Shown: piece after piece, positions 7,851 to 17,396 of the stretch
Layout: each line of letters opens with the position of its first letter
How positions within the stretch are numbered: position 1 is the stretch's first letter
Source of the DNA: Vulcanimicrobiota bacterium
GTDB taxonomy: Bacteria > Vulcanimicrobiota > Vulcanimicrobiia > Vulcanimicrobiales > Vulcanimicrobiaceae
Direction of reading: 5' to 3'
Assembly (NCBI GenBank): GCA_003135555.1
Contig: PLCF01000025.1
Coordinates: 1-45,309, forward strand
DNA: 45,309 nucleotides
Translations under genes and position numbers: made by a program
The notes under the pieces: generated by a model
What the model saw: only the letters and a program-made list of their open reading frames with translations
Told to the model about the DNA's origin: nothing
The model's database searches: none

Positions 7851-9302
7851 ATGCACGCCGGTCCGATCCAAAGCGTCCTGCTCGTCCACGGCTACAGCGT
7901 GCGTTCGCTCAACAGTTGGGGCCGGCTTCCGCAACTGCTGCAGGCCGGCGGGCTCGCGCCTGAGGCGATCTTTCTGTCGGCCTTCGTCTCCCTCGACGAC
8001 TACGTGACGTGCAACGATCTCGCGGCTGCGCTCGAGCACCAGATCGCGGCGATGGAACGCGCCGGGCTCGACCTCGGCACGACCGCGATCATCTGCCACT
8101 CCACGGGCGCGCTGGTCACCCGCCGCTGGCTGCTCGATCGCCGAGCCGCCGGTGGCAAGACACCCAGCCACCTGATCACCGCCGCCGGAGCGAATCATGG
8201 TTCGACCCTCGCGCAGTTGGGCCGCACCGAGCTGGCCCACGTGTTTCGGCACCTCACCGAACAGACCGATGTCGGAAAGCGCGTGCTCGAGGATCTCGAC
8301 TACGGCAGTACGTTCGTACGCACGCTGAACCGCGAGTGGCTCGAGGCGTGGAACGACGGCGGTGCGCCGCTATGGAAAGACGTGTACTGTTTCAGCATGG
8401 GCGGCGCGGATCATAGCTACTGGCAGAACCAGCTGGTTTGGCAGTCGCGCGAGGCAGGCTCCGACGGCACGGTGCGCATCAGCGGCGCGAATCTGAACTA
8501 CCGGTTCCTCGATCTCGCGCCGCCGTACGAAAAAATGACGCCGCTGGTCATGACGCAGCCGGCGCCGCATTTGGTCGCCCAGACGCCCGACAAACGCTAC
8601 TCGCACACCAGTCAGCACGATGCCGACACGTTGGGGATCGTGCTGGGAACGGTCGCCGGGGTCGCAAGCGAGCTCGCGCACCTCGGATCGAAGCCGCAAC
8701 CGGTGTCGCAACAGAGCTTCGGGATTCTCGAGGGGATCGTTGCGCCGGAAGAACGCCCGTTCCGCGCGCTCATCGAAGCGTTTGCCGTGCAGGACTCGGA
8801 CGCATACGTCAAGCTTGCCACGAGCTGGTACGACGAGACCAACGTTTGGGGTGCGGCGAATCCCGACGAGGTGAACGCGACGATCGTGGTGTCGATTGCG
8901 GACGAGCGGAACGCGATCGTCGACGACAGCCTGATCCTCATCCGCGACGACCAAGGGCTCCAGAGCATCTCGGCGAGCTTGCTCGGCGTGCCGATCAAGA
9001 ACGAGGTCACGCCGAGCGTCGTCAGCTTCTACGTCAACGTCCCGAAGTTCCGCGCGGCGCATCCCCACAGCGTTCACATCGAGGCCCGCACCGACACGCC
9101 TTACGTCTCGTACAGCCTCACCCTGGACGGACCGATCTCGGACGACAGCGCCCATTCGGTGACCGACAACCAAGTGACCTACGTCAACGTGCGCACCGTG
9201 CGCGACCCGTCCGCGGCGTTGGTCTTCTACAGTTTGGCGCACCCCGGCCTGGCGGCGATCCTCGACACCAACTACCCGCCGTTCCCCGCCGGCTCAGTGT
9301 AG
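7851..9302 (+). CDS. Alpha/beta-fold lipase/esterase-like protein with C-terminal beta-rich domain
   Basis: LLVHGYS, CHSTG nucleophile elbow, GANHGS, SDGTV, YSH. No signal peptide. Confidence 0.8.
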   Translation: MHAGPIQSVLLVHGYSVRSLNSWGRLPQLLQAGGLAPEAIFLSAFVSLDDYVTCNDLAAALEHQIAAMERAGLDLGTTAIICHSTGALVTRRWLLDRRAAGGKTPSHLITAAGANHGSTLAQLGRTELAHVFRHLTEQTDVGKRVLEDLDYGSTFVRTLNREWLEAWNDGGAPLWKDVYCFSMGGADHSYWQNQLVWQSREAGSDGTVRISGANLNYRFLDLAPPYEKMTPLVMTQPAPHLVAQTPDKRYSHTSQHDADTLGIVLGTVAGVASELAHLGSKPQPVSQQSFGILEGIVAPEERPFRALIEAFAVQDSDAYVKLATSWYDETNVWGAANPDEVNATIVVSIADERNAIVDDSLILIRDDQGLQSISASLLGVPIKNEVTPSVVSFYVNVPKFRAAHPHSVHIEARTDTPYVSYSLTLDGPISDDSAHSVTDNQVTYVNVRTVRDPSAALVFYSLAHPGLAAILDTNYPPFPAGSV

Positions 9303-9305
9303 GCG

Positions 9306-10115
9306 GTGGGCCGGCGCCGTGTGCTCCGCGGCTCGGGCGGGCTCGCCCTCGTCGTCGCTTGCGCCGTGGCGTCGGCGGTGGCTGCGAGTGCTCAGGCGGC
9401 GCCGAGCCCGGTGCCCACGTCGGCGGCCGAGCAGAACGCGGCGATCCTTGCGCCGCTCGTCGAGATCGGGAAGGTACGCGCGCGCAGTCCGTACTGCGCC
9501 GCGCTGGCGCGCGCCCGGCCGGCGATCGACGCAGCGATCGCCTACGAGTACGCGGCACCGGGCGTCGCGCGAGATCTGCAGCACTTTCGGCTCGACTCCA
9601 ACCTGACCAAGGCGCAGTCGCTCGACAAGCTCGAGCGTGACTTGCGCGCGCTGGCCAACCTTACCGACGCCGGTCGCGCCGACATCGCGGCGCTGCGCGG
9701 CACCGCCGCCGCCGAGGGCGACGAGCAGAAGCGCCGCGAGATGGCCGACTTCGCGAACGCGCTCGACGGCGCGAAGAACCGCCAGTTGGCGCTGGCGCGC
9801 TCGATCGCGAAACTCGTCGGGCAACTCGCCGAGACACCCGCCCGCGACGCGGCCAACGCTCCCGGCGACGACCACGGTCCGTCCGGCCTGCGCGGGGGCA
9901 GACGACAGCCCGCCGTCGTCCCGACCCCGACATCCGGGCCGCCGGATCGGCTGGTCACGTACACGACCACGCAGGCCGATGCGATCACCGATCACGATCG
10001 CCTGCAGCAACTGTTCAGCGCCTTCGGACCGGAAGACCTCATTCGCGAGGATCTCAAGACGGCCGCGAAGCACGGCACGACTGCGATCCTGCTCGGCGGG
10101 TGCACCAACAGCTAA
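9306..10115 (+). CDS. Secreted helical hypothetical protein, paralog B
   Basis: Signal peptide and PSPVP linker. Shares EIG(R/K)VRAR(T/S)PYCAALA, FRLDS and FANALDGAK with paralog A. Confidence 0.8.
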   Translation: MGRRRVLRGSGGLALVVACAVASAVAASAQAAPSPVPTSAAEQNAAILAPLVEIGKVRARSPYCAALARARPAIDAAIAYEYAAPGVARDLQHFRLDSNLTKAQSLDKLERDLRALANLTDAGRADIAALRGTAAAEGDEQKRREMADFANALDGAKNRQLALARSIAKLVGQLAETPARDAANAPGDDHGPSGLRGGRRQPAVVPTPTSGPPDRLVTYTTTQADAITDHDRLQQLFSAFGPEDLIREDLKTAAKHGTTAILLGGCTNS

Positions 10116-10148
10116 GGGCTGCTGCGGCGCGGCGCCGCCGCTGACCGG

Positions 10149-11318
10149 CTACGCGTTCGCGGTGCGCGACGGACGATAGAGGTGCGCGGTACCGTACACC
10201 GGGATCCCCCCGACGATCGTCGCCAGAACGTGGTACTCGTCGCTCCATATCGACAAGTCGGCGCGCTTGCCGGCTTCGACCGTACCGAGGTCGCGCTCGA
10301 GGTTGAGCAGCCGGGCCGGGCTCCGCGTCGCATTGACGATCGCGGTTTCGAACGGGATGTCGGCGTACGCCATGAGGTTGCGGACCGCTTGGTCCATCAG
10401 CAGCGCGCTGCCCGCGATCGTCCCGTCCTCGGCCCGCACGACGCCGCCGTCGATGCGGTAACCGCTCCCGGCGGGCGGCATGTTGTCGGTCGCCAGCACC
10501 AAGCGCTCGTGCAGCGTGCGATAGAGCAGGTCGACCATCGGCGGCGACACGTGGTACCCGTCGCAAATCAGCTGGACCGTGGTGCGCGACTCTTGAATGA
10601 ATGCCGCGAGGATCGAGGGGTCGCGGTGGTCGAGCGGCGGCATTGCGTTGAACGCGTGGGTGACGGTCCGAAAACCGAGGCCGATCGCCAGCATCCCCTC
10701 GCGGTAGTGCGCCGCGGTGTGCCCGGCCGAGCACACGATCCCTTGGTCGAAGAAGAAGCGCGCGACGTCGTCGACGCCGTCGGCTTCAGGTGCCATCGTG
10801 ACCAGGACGAGCGCGCCGCGGCAGGCCTCGATCATCTCCTGTGCGCGCTCGGTCGTAGCGGGCAGGATCCATTCGGCACGGTGTACGCGGCGGAACTTCG
10901 GGTTGAGGAACGGACCTTCGAAGTGAATTCCCAGACAGCGCGCGCCGATCGGGTCGCCGGCTTCGACGAGTTGGTTCGCCGCTTCCGACACCTCGGCGGC
11001 GGCGTGCATCATCGATTCCCAGGGTGCGGTCATGATCCCGGCGATGTAACCGCTGGCGCCTTGACGCGCGTACGCCCGCGACGCGACCTCGACCGCGTTG
11101 CCTTGATCGCGGTTGAACAGAAACTCGTCGGCCCCGTTGCTGTGCACGTCGATCATCCCGGGTGCGACGATCGCTCCGTCCGGTGGGCGCAGGTCGCTGG
11201 GACCGTCCTCGGGCAGGATGCGTGCGATTCGGCCCCGGTCGACGGCGATCCGACCGTGGGCCAGCGTGCCGTCGCCCAGCGCGATGCGCGCTGGGCCCAA
11301 AATGTAGGTGTCGGACAC
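10149..11318 (-). CDS. nagA: N-acetylglucosamine-6-phosphate deacetylase
   Basis: PGMIDVH, GIHFEGPF, TMAPE, THAFNAM, DGYHV, IAGS. Confidence 0.92.
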   Translation of the reverse strand: MSDTYILGPARIALGDGTLAHGRIAVDRGRIARILPEDGPSDLRPPDGAIVAPGMIDVHSNGADEFLFNRDQGNAVEVASRAYARQGASGYIAGIMTAPWESMMHAAAEVSEAANQLVEAGDPIGARCLGIHFEGPFLNPKFRRVHRAEWILPATTERAQEMIEACRGALVLVTMAPEADGVDDVARFFFDQGIVCSAGHTAAHYREGMLAIGLGFRTVTHAFNAMPPLDHRDPSILAAFIQESRTTVQLICDGYHVSPPMVDLLYRTLHERLVLATDNMPPAGSGYRIDGGVVRAEDGTIAGSALLMDQAVRNLMAYADIPFETAIVNATRSPARLLNLERDLGTVEAGKRADLSIWSDEYHVLATIVGGIPVYGTAHLYRPSRTANA

Positions 11319-11367
11319 GTCCGGCTCGATTCGGGAACGTCGCGGAGGTGACCCCCTTGCGACCGCG

Positions 11368-14151
11368 CTAACGGCGGCCGAACAGGCGCCGCAAGAACGA
11401 ACCGCGCTCGCTTGCCTCGGGCGGCTCAGACGTTGGAGCGCTGTACGCGAGACGGGCGCGCTCGGCGCGTTCGCGTTCGCCGCGCGCGAGCCGCGCCATG
11501 TGTTCTTCGGCGTGCGCCTCGAGCGTCGCGCGCAGCGCCGGGAGTTCGTTCCAACCCGCCGGCGCGCGCCCGGCGTCGCGCGCTTCGCGATACTCGAGCG
11601 TCGACGTCGTGAAGATGCGCTGCGGGACGATCGCGCGCTCGCGCAAATAGCGGTCGGCGAGCATCACGACGTTGCGCCGTTCGGCGGCGTCCTCGTGATC
11701 GGCGAGGGTGTGCGCGAAGGTCATCGGTTTACCGTCCTCGGCGATCGCTGCGTAGAGCTCGAGTTCGCGGTCCGAGAGCTGGCGTGAGAACAGCGCGACG
11801 ATCTCGCTGGCCGCTTGTGCTGCGGCGCGCACGATCTCGTTCGCCAGCGGAAATCCCGAGTCGAAGGCCGGGGTGTGGACCAGCACCAGCTGGCGCGGCA
11901 GGGTCCACGGCGTTTCGATGAGCACGGGCGTGCGGGTCGATGCATCGAGCGCTGCGTCGAGCGCGATGGCGTTCCAGCCGGCATCGTCGCCGAGCGCGTA
12001 CGCGCGGTGCTGCTCGCCGTAACGCACGTGTACCGGAAACCGCATCTCGACATCGCCGCCTTCGTCGGCGAGAACGCGGCTGCCGGCGATCGCGTTGATC
12101 AGGCTGGACTTGCCGCGCTTGAACGCGCCCAGGACGGCGATCCGCCAGCGCTCCGGACGCAACCCGTGCTCGTAGGTCAAGGGATCGAAGCGCGCCGTCC
12201 CGGCCGGCGAGACGCGCTCGCGGCCGGCCTGGGGGTCCAGCGGAACCGCGGGATCGGCGAGCTCGGCACGCTCGGCCCGGCTCTCGCGGGCGAAGGCTTC
12301 GGTGCGCGTCTCGACCCGCGTCGCGAGCCCGCTCAGCGTTTCGGCGCGGGCGCGCGCGTCGCGCGCGGCGGCGGCGCGGTCGAGACCCGCGGCATGGGCG
12401 TCGAGCGCGCGGTCGAGCGGCCCCAGCGCTTCGGCGCGCACGTGCGGCGCCAGGGCGGCGATGCGGGCTCCCAGATGGTGTGCGATCGTCTCGATGCGCG
12501 CCGCGATCGCGTCGACGTACGCGCGCAGTTCGCCGTCGAAGGCGCGGTAGATGCCGGCGGCGAGGTCAGCGAGCAACTCGCGCTTCATGTACGTGCCCGC
12601 GGGCGCAGCGGCGAAGCGGCGCGCGATCGCGTCGACGAATCCGACCGCGGGGCCGCCGAGTGCACCCAGCACGATCGAGCTGCGCAGCCCGGTCTCGAGG
12701 TCGGTGCTCCATGCGCCGCTCGAGGCGTCGGCGCCGAACGCGCGCGCGGCGTCCTCGGTGACCGGAAGGCGTTCGGCGGCGAGCGCGTCGAGCAGCGGTG
12801 CCATCACTCCGCCGGCGTCCGCGCCGCGCGCAGCATCGATGACCGAGGCCGAAGCGGCCTTCGCTTCGTCGCGCACCTGCTTCGCGACCGCCTCGGCGGC
12901 GTCGGCGGCGAAGCGTCCGACGGCGGTGGCCAAGACATCGTCGACGAGGATGTGCAGCTTGGCGCGATCGCGCAGCCGGGCGATGTCGGCGGTGTCGAAG
13001 GTCCGCATCAGCGTGCGGGCCAAGGCCGTGCGCGTCTCGGCACCACGGGCGCCGATCGCGGCGGCGAGCTTCGCACCGGCATCGGCGAGCCGCAGTTGCG
13101 CCGCGCTCGCGGCCTCGTCGAAGGCGTCGAGCGCAGGCGCGATGGCCGAACGGCGCGCGCGCAACTCGTCCGCGGGCAATTCCAGCGCGGCGGCGTCGAA
13201 CGACAGCGCGTCCGCGGCGCGCGTTGCGATGCGCCGCGCCTCCGCGGCGGCGCGCCGCAGCCGCGACCGGCCGGTCGTTGCCACCAACGAGGCGTCGAGC
13301 GCGCCGCGAAACTCGCCGAAACGGCTCTGTGTGACGAGCGCGGCGTCGCCGGTCAGAAAGCCCTCCGCGTATTCGCGGGCCGAGAGCGGGTAGACCGGCG
13401 TTCCCGGAGCGTGCAACGCCGCTTGCGCGACGATGCGCTGCGCCGCCGCTTGCCACGCCTCGTCAGCCTGTCCTGACGTGGTGCCACCTGCGGGTGTGCC
13501 TGTCGAAGAACCCTCCCGCATCCGCCACAGGTCGATCTTCGTCTGCACGATGAAGACCGACTCGATGTAGCGTCGCACGATCCCCAAGAACGACGCATCG
13601 CCGTCGGTGAACGGCTGTTGGGTATCGATCAAGTAGAGCACGGCGTCGGCGCGGGGCAGGTACGATAGGGTGGCCCGGCGATGCGCGGGGTTGATCGAGG
13701 CTAGGCCGGGGGTGTCCGCGACGACGAATCCGCCGTTGAGAAAAGCCGAGTCGACTGCGACGCGCACCAGCACCGGCGCGCCCGACTCCTCGTCGCCGGT
13801 CGCATCGTGCAACTTGCCTTCTTCGCCGACCGCGACGAAGCGCGCCAACCGGCCAAGCGGGATGCGTTCTTCGCGCCCGTTCGAATAGACGGCGGTCGCC
13901 GACTCGTCGGCCGCGTAGGTCAGCTCGGTGATCGTCGCGGTCGACGGGTTGATGTCGGTCGCCAAGAGGCCGGCGATGCGCTTACCGCCGGGGCGCTCCT
14001 CGAACTCGACCTTCTCGAGCAGCGCGTTGAGCAGGAACGACTTTCCGCTGGAGAACTCGCCAACCACGGCCAGCACGAAACGGCCGTCGCGTAGCCGCGC
14101 GATCGTGCGTACGAGCGCCTCTGCATCGGCGGCCGCGTCGTGGCGGCGCAT
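11368..14151 (-). CDS. Dynamin-like protein with two GTPase domains (true start possibly near 14241)
   Basis: First domain GEFSSGKS/DTPG/TKID, then a helical stalk, then a second P-loop GAFKRGKS near the C-terminus. Confidence 0.85.
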   Translation of the reverse strand: MRRHDAAADAEALVRTIARLRDGRFVLAVVGEFSSGKSFLLNALLEKVEFEERPGGKRIAGLLATDINPSTATITELTYAADESATAVYSNGREERIPLGRLARFVAVGEEGKLHDATGDEESGAPVLVRVAVDSAFLNGGFVVADTPGLASINPAHRRATLSYLPRADAVLYLIDTQQPFTDGDASFLGIVRRYIESVFIVQTKIDLWRMREGSSTGTPAGGTTSGQADEAWQAAAQRIVAQAALHAPGTPVYPLSAREYAEGFLTGDAALVTQSRFGEFRGALDASLVATTGRSRLRRAAAEARRIATRAADALSFDAAALELPADELRARRSAIAPALDAFDEAASAAQLRLADAGAKLAAAIGARGAETRTALARTLMRTFDTADIARLRDRAKLHILVDDVLATAVGRFAADAAEAVAKQVRDEAKAASASVIDAARGADAGGVMAPLLDALAAERLPVTEDAARAFGADASSGAWSTDLETGLRSSIVLGALGGPAVGFVDAIARRFAAAPAGTYMKRELLADLAAGIYRAFDGELRAYVDAIAARIETIAHHLGARIAALAPHVRAEALGPLDRALDAHAAGLDRAAAARDARARAETLSGLATRVETRTEAFARESRAERAELADPAVPLDPQAGRERVSPAGTARFDPLTYEHGLRPERWRIAVLGAFKRGKSSLINAIAGSRVLADEGGDVEMRFPVHVRYGEQHRAYALGDDAGWNAIALDAALDASTRTPVLIETPWTLPRQLVLVHTPAFDSGFPLANEIVRAAAQAASEIVALFSRQLSDRELELYAAIAEDGKPMTFAHTLADHEDAAERRNVVMLADRYLRERAIVPQRIFTTSTLEYREARDAGRAPAGWNELPALRATLEAHAEEHMARLARGERERAERARLAYSAPTSEPPEASERGSFLRRLFGRR
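13466..13508. repeat. 43-bp REP-like element, copy 1 (inside the dynamin CDS)
   Basis: GCCTGTCCTGACGTGGTGCCACCTGCGGGTGTGCCTGTCGAAG, 40/43 identical to 23016..23058. Confidence 0.85.
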
Positions 14152-14250
14152 GAACTCGCCGCCGACCTGCTCGCGCAGCTCGTCGAGCGTCGCCGCGACG
14201 TCGTCCCGCGCGGCGCGATATCGCTCCAGCGGATCGTAGATGCGAGCGCC

Positions 14251-15603
14251 TCAGCCGCGCAGGACGGCGAGGGCTTCGTCGCGGCCCTTTTCCATGAGCG
14301 CCGGCGTATCGCCCTCGACGTTGAGGCGCAGGAGTGGCTCGGTGTTCGACTTGCGCACGTTGAGCCACCAGTCGGGGTATTCGATCGTGACGCCGTCGAG
14401 ATGGTCGATCGTGGCGTCGTTGAAGTGCTGCTCGATGTGCGTCATCTTGGTGTCGGCATCGGCGACGGTCGTATTGATCTCGCCCGAGCGAAAGCGCGTG
14501 TTGTAGGGAGCGATCGCGTCGGTGATCGCGCCGTCGATATCGCTGAACAGATCGAGGCATTGCAGGAGCGCGATCATCCCCGAATCGGCGAACCAGTTCT
14601 CGCGAAAGTAGAAGTGCCCGCTGTGCTCGCCGCCGAACGGGATGTTCTGCGCGCGCATCTCGGGCTTGATCAACGAGTGCCCGACCTGCGAGCGTACCGG
14701 TATCCCGCCGTGCTGCAGCACCGCCTCCGGGACGCTGCGCGAGCAGATCAAGTTGTAGAGGATCTTCGAGCCGGGGTACTTCTTGAGCGTGGCCACGCCG
14801 ACTGCGGCGGTGACGATGCTGCCGTCGGGGAAGCCGCCCCGTTCATCGACGATGAACATGCGGTCCGCGTCGCCGTCGAAGGCGGCTCCGAGGTCGCAGT
14901 TTTGTTCGATCACCGCCTTGCGCAGCGCGAGCTTGTTCTCGTCCTCGATCGGCGACGCGGGATGGTTCGGAAACGTGCCGTCGAGCTCGAAGAAGAGCGG
15001 GATCACCTCGCATTGCGGCAGGTACTTGAAGACGTATGGAACCGTGAGCCCGGCCATCCCGTTGCCGGCGTCGATGGCGATCCGGTACGGCTTGATCGTG
15101 GTTACGTCGCGGATGAACGAGACGCAGTGCTTGCCGAAGTCATCGAGGATCTCGCGCGCCGTAACCGTGCCGCGGCGCTTGGGAGCGGTGAAGGCGCCCG
15201 AAACGGCGAGGTCGCGAATCGCACCCAAACCGGTATCGAGCGAGATAGCCTGCGCTTCGTCGCGGCAGAATTTCAGGCCGTTGTACTGCGCGGGGTTGTG
15301 CGACGCCGTGATCATCACGCCGCCGTCGAAGCCATAGTGTCCGACGGCGAAGTACAGCGCGTCGGTCGAGATCAGCCCGATGTGCGTGACGTCGGCGCCG
15401 CCGTCGACGGCGCCCCGCGTGAGCGCCTCGAGCAGATCGGTCCCCGAGGGGCGCATGTCGCGCCCAATGCAGATGTTGGCGCGGCCGAGGGCTTGCACGA
15501 ACGCGCGACCGATCAGATATGCCGTGTCCGGGTTGAGCTGGGTGCCGACGATACCGCGGACGTCGTAACTCTTGAAGATCGATGTATCGAACGCGTTGGC
15601 CAT
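14251..15603 (-). CDS. manB: Phosphomannomutase/phosphoglucomutase
   Basis: FKSYDVRG, TASHNP, FDGDADR, GGEHSGH, RKSNTEP. Start at ATG 15603. Confidence 0.93.
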   Translation of the reverse strand: MANAFDTSIFKSYDVRGIVGTQLNPDTAYLIGRAFVQALGRANICIGRDMRPSGTDLLEALTRGAVDGGADVTHIGLISTDALYFAVGHYGFDGGVMITASHNPAQYNGLKFCRDEAQAISLDTGLGAIRDLAVSGAFTAPKRRGTVTAREILDDFGKHCVSFIRDVTTIKPYRIAIDAGNGMAGLTVPYVFKYLPQCEVIPLFFELDGTFPNHPASPIEDENKLALRKAVIEQNCDLGAAFDGDADRMFIVDERGGFPDGSIVTAAVGVATLKKYPGSKILYNLICSRSVPEAVLQHGGIPVRSQVGHSLIKPEMRAQNIPFGGEHSGHFYFRENWFADSGMIALLQCLDLFSDIDGAITDAIAPYNTRFRSGEINTTVADADTKMTHIEQHFNDATIDHLDGVTIEYPDWWLNVRKSNTEPLLRLNVEGDTPALMEKGRDEALAVLRG

Positions 15604-15705
15604 GACCGGGCGGCTTTCGGAGAGCAAAACCGTGACCCCTCGAAATCGCCGGCCGCCCCCACACCACGCGCATACGATCGCCGTCGCGCGGGCACCGGCG
15701 ACGGC

Positions 15706-16869
15706 ATGCGAGCATCCGAGGCGGGTTTCTCGCTCATCGAGGTCTTGCTTGCAACGGCGCTGTTCATCGTGGTTGCGCTCGGAGCGTTCGAGATCGTGCG
15801 GCAGCTGCTTGCGGCTGCGCAGCACTTGGGCGCGCGCGACCAAGCCTACACCGCCCTCGAGCGCCTCAGCTCGCAGTTGCGCGCCGAAGCGCGAACGGCG
15901 ACGGCGATCTGGATCAGCTCGCCGGCCGCCGGGGCCGGCAGCGATGACTGCGTGCAACTCGATTTCTTCACCGCGGACGCCGGCGGCGCGAAGTTCTGGA
16001 GCTACCGCAACTTCCCCAATCACGGTGGCGCCGGCGACGCGCTCGAGCGGCTCGCCGGGACGGCACCGATCGGGCCGTGCGACGCGTCGCGACACGGCGA
16101 GGTCGTCTTGACGAAGCTGCAGTCGCCGCCCGCGGTCGCGCAAATCGCCGCGAACGCCTTGCCGGCGCATCAAGACCGCTACTCGTCCGAGGCCGACTCC
16201 GGGTTCGTCGCCGCGACCGTCCCGGCGACGCCGGCGCTGCCGCTGGGAGTGCTCGACGCGAGCGGCGCGCCGGTACGCGGCGGCAACGCCGTCATCGAAC
16301 TGCGCGTCGACACCGCCGCTGCGTCACGCGTCGTCGATCTGCTGCCCGGCGTTTTTCCCAACGGTTTCAACGAGGTGCTGCGCTACACGTGCAGCGAGCG
16401 CTGCGACATCGGCCACGACGGGAACGCGCCCAAGACGCTGACGACCTGCGCGATGAGTTGGCAGCCCGGCTGGAGCACGTTCGTGCGCTGGAGCGACTTC
16501 ACCACCGACCCCGACGGATCGTTGCGCTTTCCGGCGGGCTGGTTCATCGCCGGAGCGTTCGTCTTCACCTACGGCGGGACGCGCGCCTCAGACGGCGGTG
16601 CCGACACGCTGGTGCGATCGTACCTGGCGACCAATTGGGATGCGGCGCGCGATTACGTCGCGTTCCCACCCGACCGGGCCGCCGCCGACGGCTCGACTGC
16701 GGGCAGCTTCGCACCCTGGGACGTTCGCAGCGAGCCGCCGGCGGCGTGGTTCGCGGACTTGACGCCGTATCTAGCCGCCGGCGAACGCGGCCCGATCGCG
16801 ACCGAGCAACAGCGCTGCGACGCCGTCGCGCGCCAAGGAGCGAGTGGTGGATTCTATCCGAACGGCTGA
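15706..16869 (+). CDS. Prepilin-type N-methylation domain protein (large minor pilin)
   Basis: MRASEAG|FSLIEVLLATALF class III signal peptide and a Cys-containing head. Confidence 0.85.
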   Translation: MRASEAGFSLIEVLLATALFIVVALGAFEIVRQLLAAAQHLGARDQAYTALERLSSQLRAEARTATAIWISSPAAGAGSDDCVQLDFFTADAGGAKFWSYRNFPNHGGAGDALERLAGTAPIGPCDASRHGEVVLTKLQSPPAVAQIAANALPAHQDRYSSEADSGFVAATVPATPALPLGVLDASGAPVRGGNAVIELRVDTAAASRVVDLLPGVFPNGFNEVLRYTCSERCDIGHDGNAPKTLTTCAMSWQPGWSTFVRWSDFTTDPDGSLRFPAGWFIAGAFVFTYGGTRASDGGADTLVRSYLATNWDAARDYVAFPPDRAAADGSTAGSFAPWDVRSEPPAAWFADLTPYLAAGERGPIATEQQRCDAVARQGASGGFYPNG

Positions 16870-17395
16870 GCGCGGCTTCAGCCTGCTCGAGCTGCTCGTG
16901 TGCGTCGGCATGCTGGCGGCGGCGAGCGCCGCGACGGCGGGAGCCTTGGCCGCGATCGCGCGCAACGCCGGCCCGTCCGCGACGCGTGATGCAGCGCTGA
17001 TGGTCGCACAGAACGCGCTGGTGCGGGCGCGTGCGGCGATCGCCTACGCCTCCTCGTCGGCACTGGACGGACCGGCGCTGCTGCGCGATCGCTCCTGGGG
17101 CCTGGTTCCGGGTGCGACGCAGTACGTCGCGGGCGGCGAGTTGCGCGCCGCTACGCCATGCGGGGCCACGGAACCGCGACCGCTGCGGCTGCCCGTGACG
17201 ACGGCGTACGATCCGGCCACGGAGCGCTTCAGCGTCGTGGTCACCTACCCGCGCGATCCGTGCGCGCTCTCCAGCGACGGAACGATCCCGCCGGGTCAGG
17301 CCCGCACCGTCAGCCTGACCGAGACGCTGCCGCCGTCCGCGTATCCGCCCGGCCAAACGGTCTATCGCGACGTGCCGACGCCGGCGCGAATGTAG
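16844..17395 (+). CDS. Prepilin-type minor pilin/pseudopilin
   Basis: AERG|FSLLELLVCVG. Confidence 0.85.
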   Translation: MVDSIRTAERGFSLLELLVCVGMLAAASAATAGALAAIARNAGPSATRDAALMVAQNALVRARAAIAYASSSALDGPALLRDRSWGLVPGATQYVAGGELRAATPCGATEPRPLRLPVTTAYDPATERFSVVVTYPRDPCALSSDGTIPPGQARTVSLTETLPPSAYPPGQTVYRDVPTPARM

Positions 17396-17396
17396 C

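Noticed and set aside
14251..14253. Selenocysteine recoding of the manB TGA
   Set aside because: ManB ends at its normal C-terminus and no convincing SECIS was recognised. An in-frame neighbour arises by chance one time in three.
14140..15705. 909-aa ORF as one giant pilin fusion
   Set aside because: The N-terminal part is the antisense shadow of manB. The pilin signal begins at 15706.
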